From positions 1,664,001-1,728,000 of the forward strand of contig OZ253462.1 of NCBI GenBank assembly GCA_965261395.1: a stretch of DNA of 64,000 nt, given 5' to 3'. The stretch comes from Candidatus Latescibacterota bacterium. GTDB lineage: Bacteria; Latescibacterota; UBA2968; UBA8231. Below are positions 30,415 to 38,645 of the stretch, in pieces. The notes under the pieces were generated by a model, which did not search any database, was not told the origin of the DNA, and saw only the letters and a program-made list of their open reading frames with translations. Within the stretch, counting starts at the first letter, position 1; every line of letters starts with the position of its first letter. Made by a program: the position numbers and the translations under genes.

Positions 30415-31250
30415 CAGGAGCCAAAAAACCGTACAAGTTTGATTTTGCAATCTCATTCTCGGGGGAAGACAGGTCAGTAGCCGAGGAACTAGCGGGGCAG
30501 CTTGTCGAGCGAGGAGCCGTCGTTTTCTGCGACAAGTTCTATCGTGGAAGCCTGTTGGGAAAACGCTTGGATCTCGAGTTCGACGGCGTATTCGGTGCTG
30601 GGACGCAATTCTTTGTGCCAATCGTATCAGCTAGCTATGTGGAGAGGCCTTGGCCGCAGTATGAGTGGAACGTTGCCAAACGCGAGGCTGAGAAGCGACG
30701 GGAAGAATTCATTCTGCCGGTTCGTTTGGACGATTCTCTCCTTGTCGGTCTGCTAGATACTGTATGCTACTTAGATCTTCGGTGCCACCCTGTGAGCGAA
30801 GTGGCCGACCTCCTTATCGAGAAGCTTGGGGGTTCGACGGCTGTTATGAACCGCCAGCTAGGAGAGCAAACGTGGGTGGCGGCTTTTGGTCTTCTCACAC
30901 AAGGCCTCCTAGACTGTGAGAACATCCCTCCGGAAGTATCCTCGAGCTATGCTAGATTGTGCGATTGGCTCACCGAAGATTTAAAGGGTCGTTTAGCCCG
31001 AATTCCCTTGGCAGACCCACGGATTACTGAGGACGCTAGAAACGGAGAGACCTTTGGCCTGCGGGTGGCCTTCGAGTGGGGTCCTTCCAAAGGACCACTG
31101 CAACTCGGTGACCTAGGGTGGTGGGAGTTACTGGAGCTTCTTCCGTACGATCAGATTTATGATTCCGCGAGCAACGTCGAAAATTTTGGCCAGCGGCTCG
31201 CTGGGGGGAGGGCTTCGAACTCACCAAGCGAAAGCGAAATGCGACAATGA
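30411..31250 (+). CDS. TIR domain protein with uncharacterised C-terminal domain
   Basis: FDFAISFSGEDR...AEELA...VFCD...SASYVERPWPQYEW...ILPVRLDD; NADase-type Glu present. Confidence 0.88.
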   Translation: MTGAKKPYKFDFAISFSGEDRSVAEELAGQLVERGAVVFCDKFYRGSLLGKRLDLEFDGVFGAGTQFFVPIVSASYVERPWPQYEWNVAKREAEKRREEFILPVRLDDSLLVGLLDTVCYLDLRCHPVSEVADLLIEKLGGSTAVMNRQLGEQTWVAAFGLLTQGLLDCENIPPEVSSSYARLCDWLTEDLKGRLARIPLADPRITEDARNGETFGLRVAFEWGPSKGPLQLGDLGWWELLELLPYDQIYDSASNVENFGQRLAGGRASNSPSESEMRQ

Positions 31251-31296
31251 CCCCAAAAAATCGTCAAACTGTTTAATGATCGCTTGCTTAGTGTGC

Positions 31297-31614
31297 CTAC
31301 GCCACCGTCGATAGCCGCTCGACCTTGATTTGGTCGGCCTGTTTCATCGCTTGGGCTAAGTCGTAGGCCGCCTGCAACCGGTACCATGTATTCGCTCCGC
31401 CGCCGAATGCCTTGTCGAGGCGAATCGCCATCTGTGGCGAGATCCCCGAATGACCATTCACGACATCGGATAGCTGCTTCCGGCTGACTCTAAGTTTTTT
31501 TGCCGCTTCCGTCACGCTAAGCCCCAACGGCTCTAGGCAATCGTGACGGACGGATAGTCCCGGATGGGGTGGATTCTTCATCTGGAGATCGTTGTGTCGA
31601 AAGCGGACAATCAT
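31297..31614 (-). CDS. higA: HigA family antitoxin (HTH); core starts at 31581
   Basis: MKNPPHPG...[17 protein letters not shown]...[10 protein letters not shown]...[10 protein letters not shown]. Confidence 0.9.
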   Translation of the reverse strand: MIVRFRHNDLQMKNPPHPGLSVRHDCLEPLGLSVTEAAKKLRVSRKQLSDVVNGHSGISPQMAIRLDKAFGGGANTWYRLQAAYDLAQAMKQADQIKVERLSTVA

Positions 31615-31643
31615 TCATAGAATGTAACCTATCACCTCTCAGG

Positions 31644-31692
31644 TTGCCATTCTTCTTGGTGAACCAGAGATTTGCTCCTAGGAGGCTGCGTC
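31644..31692 (+). repeat. ~48-bp dispersed direct repeat, copy 1
   Basis: TTGCCATTCTTCTTGGTGAACCAGAGATTTGCTCCTAGGAGGCTGCGTC; near-identical copy at 33842-33889. Confidence 0.85.
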
Positions 31693-31696
31693 ACCA

Positions 31697-31987
31697 ATGA
31701 ACGAAAATTCTACTATGCGCGACCGGACGAATCTTAAGAGGCTGGATAGCCTTACCGACGAAGAGATTGAACAGGCGGCTCGGTCCGATGCCGATACCTT
31801 GCTGTTAGAAGAGTGCGATATAGCGTCCCTAGAAGTCGTGATGCCTGAGAGGAAACAATCGATTTCTTTGCGTGTTGACTCGGATGTATTGGCCTATTTC
31901 AAGTCCTTTGGTAAAGGCTACCAAACGCGGATGAACGCTGTATTGCGCACCTATATGCAAGCCCAACAACGCCAAAAAGAGGTCTGA
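31697..31987 (+). CDS. brnA: BrnA family antitoxin (RHH)
   Basis: LTDEEIE...KQSISLRVDSDVLAYFKSFGKGYQTRMNAVLRTYM. Confidence 0.88.
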   Translation: MNENSTMRDRTNLKRLDSLTDEEIEQAARSDADTLLLEECDIASLEVVMPERKQSISLRVDSDVLAYFKSFGKGYQTRMNAVLRTYMQAQQRQKEV

Positions 31988-32014
31988 GATACGGTTTTAC
32001 TCCCCTCTAATAGG

Positions 32015-32068
32015 TTTCACTCGAATCAGGATTTTCACTATTTGATGAAAACGCCTATTCGAGTGAAA
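32015..32068. repeat. AT-rich inverted repeat / possible terminator hairpin
   Basis: TTTCACTCGAAT (32015-32026) and ATTCGAGTGAAA (32057-32068), inner TTTTCA/TGAAAA, followed by T-run. Confidence 0.65.
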
Positions 32069-32092
32069 TTTTTTGATTTTTTCACTGAAATA

Positions 32093-32184
32093 AACTACCC
32101 CGCCGCAAGCAGCGGGGTAGTAGCGGGAACTACTTGACGGCCTACGCCGCAAGCGGCGGGGTATTAGACCCGAATGAGAATCAA
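32093..32184. mobile_element. Miniature IS200/IS605-type or REP-like element with two GCCGCAAGC hairpins
   Basis: ACTACCCCGCCGCAAGCAGCGGGGTAGT hairpin and CGCCGCAAGCGGCGGGGTATTAGACCC; no transposase. Confidence 0.55.
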
Positions 32185-32344
32185 TGGCAACAGGACGCCT
32201 TCGGACAGGTCGATGCTTGGCTTGTAGAGCTTGGCTTGAGGTGATCCCCCCTAATCTCCTAGCCGTAGGTCAATGGGTAGAGACCGCTTCTCCATGCGTT
32301 TAGATCGCATGGAGATTTTTTTGTTAAAAAACGCAGGGGCCTTT

Positions 32345-32372
32345 TTACCTTTGCCTCCGCTGGGGCGTCTTT
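32345..32372 (+). promoter_or_regulatory. Possible ECF sigma promoter (autoregulatory)
   Basis: TTACC-N16-CGTCT upstream of the ECF gene. Confidence 0.3.
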
Positions 32373-32411
32373 ATCTGTAGAAGGTCGATAGACGCCACCG
32401 GATACATATCT

Positions 32412-33170
32412 ATGGACAACTTCCATCCCGAACTCTTCGTCGAGCGCTGCCTGACGGGCAACGCGCAAGCCTTTGAGCCGCTCGTCCGGCACTATCAGAA
32501 TGCGGCTTTTGCCACGGCCCTGCGCTACGTGCGCTCACGAGTCGATGCCCAAGACATCGTGCAGGACGCCTTTGTCACTGCGTACTGTCGCCTAGGGCAA
32601 CTGCGCGATAGGGAGCGCTTCGGCGGCTGGCTGATGCACATCGTGGCCAACCGCTGCAAGGGTTGGCTGCGTGACTGCGCTCGCATGCAGCCACTCGATT
32701 CAGCCGATACAGCCTTGGAGGATTCGGCGGCGACGGAGCACGCGGACCAGATGCGGCGGCTGGATTTGCAGGAAGCCATCGATCAACTGCCCGACCACTA
32801 TCGCTCGGCAGTGCTGATGTATTACCTGAGCGGCCTGTCCTACCGAGAAATCGCCGAGCTGATGGAAGTCCCCCTGAGTACAGTACGTGGCCGACTGCAA
32901 CAAGGACGCATCCGGCTGCGCCAGCTATTGGACGAACCCGACTACGAGGAGATTGCCATGCAGCCAATCGACGTGACCGAGCAGGTTCAGGAAGTGGTGT
33001 GCCAGATCGCCACCCGACAGGTGCGGGAGACGATTCCGCTAGCGGGCCACACGAGGGCGAGGTATTCATGGGGACCAGAGAGCGAAACGGCCAACCCGAG
33101 TCTATGTCAATGGGTAGCGGACAGATCTGGCGAACCTATTTCTTGGGGAGCTGCCATCCGTGGGGTGTGA
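32412..33170 (+). CDS. ECF RNA polymerase sigma factor; C-terminal extension appears frameshifted
   Basis: AQDIVQDAF, FGGWLMHIVAN, LPDHYRSAVLMYYLSGLSYREIAELMEVPLSTVRGRL. Confidence 0.88.
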   Translation: MDNFHPELFVERCLTGNAQAFEPLVRHYQNAAFATALRYVRSRVDAQDIVQDAFVTAYCRLGQLRDRERFGGWLMHIVANRCKGWLRDCARMQPLDSADTALEDSAATEHADQMRRLDLQEAIDQLPDHYRSAVLMYYLSGLSYREIAELMEVPLSTVRGRLQQGRIRLRQLLDEPDYEEIAMQPIDVTEQVQEVVCQIATRQVRETIPLAGHTRARYSWGPESETANPSLCQWVADRSGEPISWGAAIRGV

Positions 33171-33766
33171 CACATGGAGTTAAGACGACGGATGCCTTTC
33201 CCCAGATGCAGGCATATACCGGCAGTATGCCGGCTGATGTGCGCTGGGGATTGGGGCGGGCCACGCGGATAACGGTCTATCGCGAAAAGCTCAAAGACAT
33301 AATCCTGCCGCCCTCAGCTCTTACGGCGGAAGTCCAAAAGGTCTTTCGCCCCTGCATGTCGTCGCCCGAAAGGGTCCACGGACCGGTGGGCTCCGCCAAC
33401 TTGGTGTTGCTGGTGCCCAAAGGCAAACGCGTGACCGTCATCAAAGGGAAGCAGGTCCGCGCCTGCGGTTTGCAGGCCTCAATCAGTATCGAACTGGAAT
33501 CGTGCGCCGGCGATATCCATCTCTCGCTTGAAGAGGCCCTGCGCGGCGAGATTTTGCTGGACAAGGTGCACCTGACTGCGTTCACGCTATGCGGCCGGAT
33601 CCAGTCTACGGCCTTTGAGGGTAGGGATAAGGACAAGCCTCTCACTATAGCCAACAACTCCGAGGTGATGGTGCTGTCGAACGCGCATAGCGGCCTTGAT
33701 ATACTGGCAGCGGATTTTATGCTCAAAAGCGAGGCCGGCGCGATCGCTATCGAGAAGATGACGTAG
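33040..33766 (+). pseudogene. Probable degraded continuation of the ECF extension or partner gene
   Basis: ORF 32999..33766 overlaps the ECF tail in another frame; beta-rich C-terminus (MLKSEAGAIAIEK). Confidence 0.4.
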
Positions 33767-33841
33767 GAGAAAGGCGCGGCGGCTTAGGCCAAATACAGCG
33801 TCCGGGCCGCCAAAGACCTGACCACCCTGGTACTTCCCAGT

Positions 33842-33889
33842 TTGCCATTCTTCTCGGTGGACCAGAGATTTGCTCCTAGAGACTGCGTC
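33842..33889 (+). repeat. ~48-bp dispersed direct repeat, copy 2
   Basis: TTGCCATTCTTCTCGGTGGACCAGAGATTTGCTCCTAGAGACTGCGTC. Confidence 0.85.
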
Positions 33890-33958
33890 GGCTTGGCGAT
33901 CCCCCAGTCCCGTTACAAGCCCTCAGACAAATCCATTCCTCAGAGCAAATAGACCGTA

Positions 33959-34642
33959 GTGAAACTGATCGTTACCAACGACGACGGCATAGAAGCAGAG
34001 GGCCTACAGACCCTGGTCCGTCTAGCCTCGCGGTGGGGCGAAGTCGTCGTTGTCGCGCCGGCGGAGCCGCAGTCCGGTGTTGGACATCAGTTGACGACCG
34101 ATAGGCCCATTCGCGTGGATAAACTGACGGAAGAACGCTACAGGATATGGGGCACGCCGGCCGACTGTTCCCGTCTGGCGCTCAACTGCCTAGCGTCCGA
34201 TGGTGACTGGGTACTCTCCGGGATCAATCACGGCGGCAATCTTGGGGTGGATGTGTACGAATCCGGCACGGTAGCCGCCGCTAGAGAGGCTGCTATTCAC
34301 GGGTGTAAGGCCATCGCCCTGTCCCACTATACCGTAAAAGGTCGATCGGTTGATTGGCCGCTGGCCGCCGAACGGCTTCAGCCGGTTTTGGATAACCTGC
34401 TAAACGAGACGCTGGAAGCCGGATGTTTTCTGAACGTGAATCTGCCCCATCCTGAACACAACCGGACGTGCTTGGAAACCAAACACGTCCCGGTAGACAC
34501 GAGCCCCCACAGAACCACATTCTCGCGAACCGGTGACGGCTTTCTATACACCGGAATCTATCAGGAGCGCTGGCGACGACCCGGCAGTGACGTGGATCAC
34601 TGTTTCAAGGGTCATATTTCGCTGTCGAAAATCGCTGTTTGA
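33959..34642 (+). CDS. surE: 5'/3'-nucleotidase SurE
   Basis: IVTNDDGI, VVAPAEPQSG, GTPADC, SGINHGGNLG...SGTVAAARE. Confidence 0.93.
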   Translation: MKLIVTNDDGIEAEGLQTLVRLASRWGEVVVVAPAEPQSGVGHQLTTDRPIRVDKLTEERYRIWGTPADCSRLALNCLASDGDWVLSGINHGGNLGVDVYESGTVAAAREAAIHGCKAIALSHYTVKGRSVDWPLAAERLQPVLDNLLNETLEAGCFLNVNLPHPEHNRTCLETKHVPVDTSPHRTTFSRTGDGFLYTGIYQERWRRPGSDVDHCFKGHISLSKIAV

Positions 34643-34797
34643 ATGGATTGCATTGTCAGCTCCTCAGTGGGCGATGTGCGCACGTGCCCAGAGGGCGGTC
34701 GCCGTCAGGAAATTATCTCACCTATGCAAGCCCAAAAACGCCAAAAAGAAGCTACCATGCATTCAGGTTTATCGACGAAACACAGCGGAGCAGATCG

Positions 34798-35958
34798 ATG
34801 AAGATAGCCGATGTTAGAGCATTTCCGTTGCGGATTAGTGAACGCGCCGAGGGGGCGTCGCGACCGCCGATGATCGATGTCGGCGATTACCATGTGAACC
34901 GTTCGACGTCCACCACGATCTACTCGCGCCATCACGAGACCACAGTTATCCGGGTTGAGACGGACAATGGGATCGTTGGGTGGGGTGAGGCGCAGTCGCC
35001 GGTGTCGCCGAACACTACTGCGACGATAGTGCGCGAATTAGTGCGGCCGTTGGTGATGGGGTGCGATCCATTCGACATCGAGGCGATTTGGACGCGCAAC
35101 TATGGGGCGATGCGAGAGCGCGGACATCTGACGGGTTTCTACATCGACGCTCTCGCAGGGACTGACATCGCGTTGTGGGATATCGTGGGCAAGGCCGTCG
35201 GAAAGCCGGTGCACAAGATTGCGGGTGGGCGGTATCGAGATGAGATACCGCTCTACGCAGGGGTTGGTGGCACAGACCCGGTGAAGGTTGCGGATGCGGC
35301 TGAGGAGCATGTGGGCTATGGGTACAAGGCGTTGAAGTTGCACTTATTGCTGGATGTGGAGGGCGTTGCGGAGATTTGCCGCGCAGTGCGGCAGCGCGTT
35401 GGGCCGAGCATCATGCTGATGGTCGATACGCACATGCGGCAGACGGTTGCGAGTTCGATACGGCTGGGTCGTGAACTGGAGAAGCTAAGTTTCACTTGGC
35501 TGGAGGCACCAATAATACCGGAGGATATCCCAGGTCAAGCTGAGATAACCCGGGCGTTGGATATGGCGGTGGCGGTAGGGGAGTGGACGCGCACTCGCTA
35601 CGAGATGCGCGAGCAATTCGAGCGCCGGGCGTACGACATCTTGATGCACGACATCGCGCGGACGGGGATTACCGAGGGACATCGGATTGCGACGCTGGCC
35701 GACACCTACAACATCCCGGTCGCGCCGCATATCGGCGGTGGTGGGATCCTGGCGGTTGCAGCGACCGTCGAGTGGTCGGCGTCGTGTCCGAACTTCATGA
35801 TCATGGAGCACAGCCATCACGCCAACGCAGTCAAGAGCCAGATCCTCAAGGAGCCGTACGAACCTGAAAATGGCTACTACAAAGTTACGGATCGGTCGGG
35901 TTTGGGGGTTGAGGTGGATGAGGCGGCGTTGGAGACGTACGCGTTTCCGGGGAGTTGA
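34798..35958 (+). CDS. Mandelate racemase/muconate lactonizing enzyme family protein
   Basis: Start MKIADV at 34798; ETDNGIVGWGE, DIALWDIVGK, WLEAP, VAVGE, APH, GLGVEVD. Confidence 0.92.
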   Translation: MKIADVRAFPLRISERAEGASRPPMIDVGDYHVNRSTSTTIYSRHHETTVIRVETDNGIVGWGEAQSPVSPNTTATIVRELVRPLVMGCDPFDIEAIWTRNYGAMRERGHLTGFYIDALAGTDIALWDIVGKAVGKPVHKIAGGRYRDEIPLYAGVGGTDPVKVADAAEEHVGYGYKALKLHLLLDVEGVAEICRAVRQRVGPSIMLMVDTHMRQTVASSIRLGRELEKLSFTWLEAPIIPEDIPGQAEITRALDMAVAVGEWTRTRYEMREQFERRAYDILMHDIARTGITEGHRIATLADTYNIPVAPHIGGGGILAVAATVEWSASCPNFMIMEHSHHANAVKSQILKEPYEPENGYYKVTDRSGLGVEVDEAALETYAFPGS

Positions 35959-35996
35959 GAAACTGGGTGTAGAGCGGGTGAGAGAGCTATGAATTT

Positions 35997-36036
35997 GATT
36001 CCGCCGGAAATCTCAGTGCTGAAATCCGGCGGAATC
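35997..36036. terminator. Hairpin between convergent genes
   Basis: 12-bp perfect stem GATTCCGCCGGA / TCCGGCGGAATC. Confidence 0.55.
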
Positions 36037-36109
36037 GATGGGGTCCTATGTATTCCTGCTGTCAGAAACTCGCCTTCGGACATCGGTGCAGGATATATGC
36101 TGTCCGGTT

Positions 36110-38146
36110 TCACTCATCGCGGAGGCATCCGTTTATCTTGTGATTTGGATCGTCGGGCAAAGCGGCGTGGTCGATATTTGCATCGACACCACTGGAAACC
36201 GCCTTGATGGTGCCCCCGTTCAGGTTTACCGGACCTGGGGAGACGGCTATTCCGCTCATATCCCGATCCCACCGGCCAACACAGTACTCAAAGACAAGCC
36301 TCTCCGTGCCTGATCCGTTCTTGTAGCGGGCCCTGCGCGATTCATCGTGGTCAAATTCGAGCATCAGATAGGGTCTGCCTGTTACTGTCACAGGCATGTC
36401 GAAGGCCACCTCTACCTTTATGATCTCACCACGGCCATAGGTGGTCCCACTCTCGGGAGTGGAAATTATCCGGAGTCCCTCGATTACAGGTATTGGTTCC
36501 TCCAAGGCCACCTTTGCGGTAGCTGGCGTTTCCGGAGTCACATTCTTTGGCAGGTCACCGAAGTTTATCCAGATGATCTCTTCGGCACCTTCATCGTGGT
36601 CGCTATCCTGTATGGCCATCAAAGTGAAGGTCTGCATGCTTTCGCCCGGTGCAAAAGTGATACTCGACGGTACGCCGGAATAGTCTTCGGGACCAGCTCC
36701 GTCTTCCTCTACCACAGAAATGGGGATCGCGATCGGCAAAGCTCCTGCCGCTGGGTCCAGATATACCTCAATCTCGACGCCGTCGGGATCTCCCTCCCTA
36801 GTGGCGTAATGCGATTCCATAAAGCAAATGGTGCGTTTGATCTGCTCGGCTCGTATCGTCGAGGACCAAGCTCCGCTACCTTCGCTATTGTTGGCCCGCA
36901 CTTGAATTTCGTAGGCATCTTCCGTCAAATCTTCTAGCGTGACGGTCGTCCCCGTCAGATCGGTGTCTGTCACTTCGGTCCAGGCCGCTGCTCCGGCTGG
37001 CCGATAGCGGTAGTCGTGATCGGTAACCTCGAAGCCTGCTGGGAATTCCACCAAGCTCCCGTTTTCGCTGAAGCCTTCAGACGCGGTCCAGTTCACGTCT
37101 ATCTTGGTGTCGTCGGTGTCCTGAAATCCGGCTTCCACATCTCCAGGCGGCATCGGAGCCCCTACGTCCTTGACTCGGATGGTCACGTCGAGCACCGATC
37201 CACTGCACCCTGTTGGAGTTCCTTCATTGTTCAAGAGGTGGATGTCGTGTGTGTTTACGACGCGCACCTGGTACTCGTTGTCCGCGTTGCTGTCGCCGGG
37301 CGTTTCATAGTCCGGCGCGGTCTTGAAGGCCAGCGACACGGTTCCCGCTGTCGCCCTCTCTTCCGAATTCAAGGAAAACAGGGCATTGTCATCGCCCCCG
37401 TCGGGTAGCGTGTATGGATCGAAGATAGTAACGATCTCACAGCGGATAGAGAGGGGCGGCCAAGCAAACCCCCACTTCCGAGGCTGTGCCGTAACCGCCG
37501 TCCAAGCGGGCAAATCCTCGCTCTCGGGCATCGTTGCTCCCTCGTACATCTCTATGGGAGTAGAGATCTCCCAGCGTTGATCTTCTATGTATTCGGCTGG
37601 GGCTGAGAACTGAGCTGAGCCGTCGTAAACCAGATGCAAGTTGAAGACCTCAGGATCGCTTTCATCGGTTCCATCACTTGCGTAGATTGCAGACGGAAAG
37701 GTAGGAACGTAGGCGATTTCTCCGTACACTGAGGTGAACTGGGTTGGGCTTATATCGCCGTCTGGCTGGAATATAAATCGGTTGCCCTCTCGCGTGATTC
37801 GCAACAAGGCTTCCGCAGGGGTCTGAATGCCCGAAAGACCGGGCACTGCGAATGCGAACCGGTAGGTAATGTCGTCTCCGTCCGGGTCCGTCGCTGGCTC
37901 TTCTCCTAAGTCCATTAGGGCTGCGGGACCCCTCGGGAGCAAGAGGGTCAGATCCTGACGTTTTATGGAACTATTGAGAATTGGGGTATGGTTGGCCCCG
38001 TGATCCTTGGTTGCCACCGCTTTGCCAGCAGGAAACAGTTGGGTCTGTTGAGCCGGTTGGGTCGCTTGGGTCGGCTTGGAGTCGTTGCCACAGGCGACTA
38101 CAAAAAGCGCCAGCATAAGGCTTAGGTATAAAGATAGCCGTTTCAT
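36110..38146 (-). CDS. Surface lipoprotein with cadherin-like, fibronectin type III and Calx-beta-like domains
   Basis: Lipobox FVVAC; ATDPDGDDITY, APDYETPGDSNADNEY, YEIQVRANNSEGSGAWS, DYSGVPSSITF. Confidence 0.85.
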   Translation of the reverse strand: MKRLSLYLSLMLALFVVACGNDSKPTQATQPAQQTQLFPAGKAVATKDHGANHTPILNSSIKRQDLTLLLPRGPAALMDLGEEPATDPDGDDITYRFAFAVPGLSGIQTPAEALLRITREGNRFIFQPDGDISPTQFTSVYGEIAYVPTFPSAIYASDGTDESDPEVFNLHLVYDGSAQFSAPAEYIEDQRWEISTPIEMYEGATMPESEDLPAWTAVTAQPRKWGFAWPPLSIRCEIVTIFDPYTLPDGGDDNALFSLNSEERATAGTVSLAFKTAPDYETPGDSNADNEYQVRVVNTHDIHLLNNEGTPTGCSGSVLDVTIRVKDVGAPMPPGDVEAGFQDTDDTKIDVNWTASEGFSENGSLVEFPAGFEVTDHDYRYRPAGAAAWTEVTDTDLTGTTVTLEDLTEDAYEIQVRANNSEGSGAWSSTIRAEQIKRTICFMESHYATREGDPDGVEIEVYLDPAAGALPIAIPISVVEEDGAGPEDYSGVPSSITFAPGESMQTFTLMAIQDSDHDEGAEEIIWINFGDLPKNVTPETPATAKVALEEPIPVIEGLRIISTPESGTTYGRGEIIKVEVAFDMPVTVTGRPYLMLEFDHDESRRARYKNGSGTERLVFEYCVGRWDRDMSGIAVSPGPVNLNGGTIKAVSSGVDANIDHAALPDDPNHKINGCLRDE

Positions 38147-38169
38147 GACGTAGCTCCGTGGTTACGAGG

Positions 38170-38406
38170 TGGGAGAAAAGGGAAGGATGGAATTACCGCT
38201 ATCGTCGAGGAAGCGTGGGACCGGAGGTCAGAGGCATCCACGGCGACGGGTACTGTTAGTGCCGTCGGTATAGATGAGGTGAGTTTGACCGGCGATCCGT
38301 TCGATGGCGAACCAGTCGCGGTCGAGAGAGGGCGTGAACTCGCCGGAGGCTGTGTTGCCGCCGACATATTCAATGTCGAGGTGTCCTGTGCGAAATCACC
38401 GGTCAT
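38170..38406 (-). pseudogene. Degenerate remnant of a PPC-like (pre-peptidase C-terminal) surface repeat
   Basis: MTGDFAQDTST then, in a shifted frame, VGGNTASGEFTPSLDRDWFAIERIAGQTHLIYTDG...*...FLDDSGNSI. Confidence 0.5.
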
Positions 38407-38453
38407 AAGGCAGCCTCCCGTCTACGTCGTCTACGCCTAAATGCGCTACCGTT

Positions 38454-38469
38454 GGTGAGTGCACTCACC
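38454..38469. promoter_or_regulatory. Perfect 16-bp palindrome, candidate operator
   Basis: GGTGAGTGCACTCACC in a divergent intergenic region. Confidence 0.5.
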
Positions 38470-38645
38470 TTTCAAAACGGGTGAAGGGGTGTTTCCGTTC
38501 CCGCGAAGTCTTGCCGTCCTTTATTTCGCCCCTTGTGGACGATATTAAGACCTTGACAGAGGGCCTCGAAAAGACGCCTTATTATGCCTATGCTTTTAGC
38601 TAGTGGACCAGAGATGTGCTTCGCCTGTACAGAGAGGGAAAAATC

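Noticed and set aside
34639-34797. N-terminal extension of the enolase ORF
   Set aside because: Contains the brnA tail fragment; RBS and family start are at 34798
38143-38406. 87-aa Ser/Thr-rich ORF as an intact gene
   Set aside because: Better explained as the out-of-frame reading of a decayed PPC-like repeat
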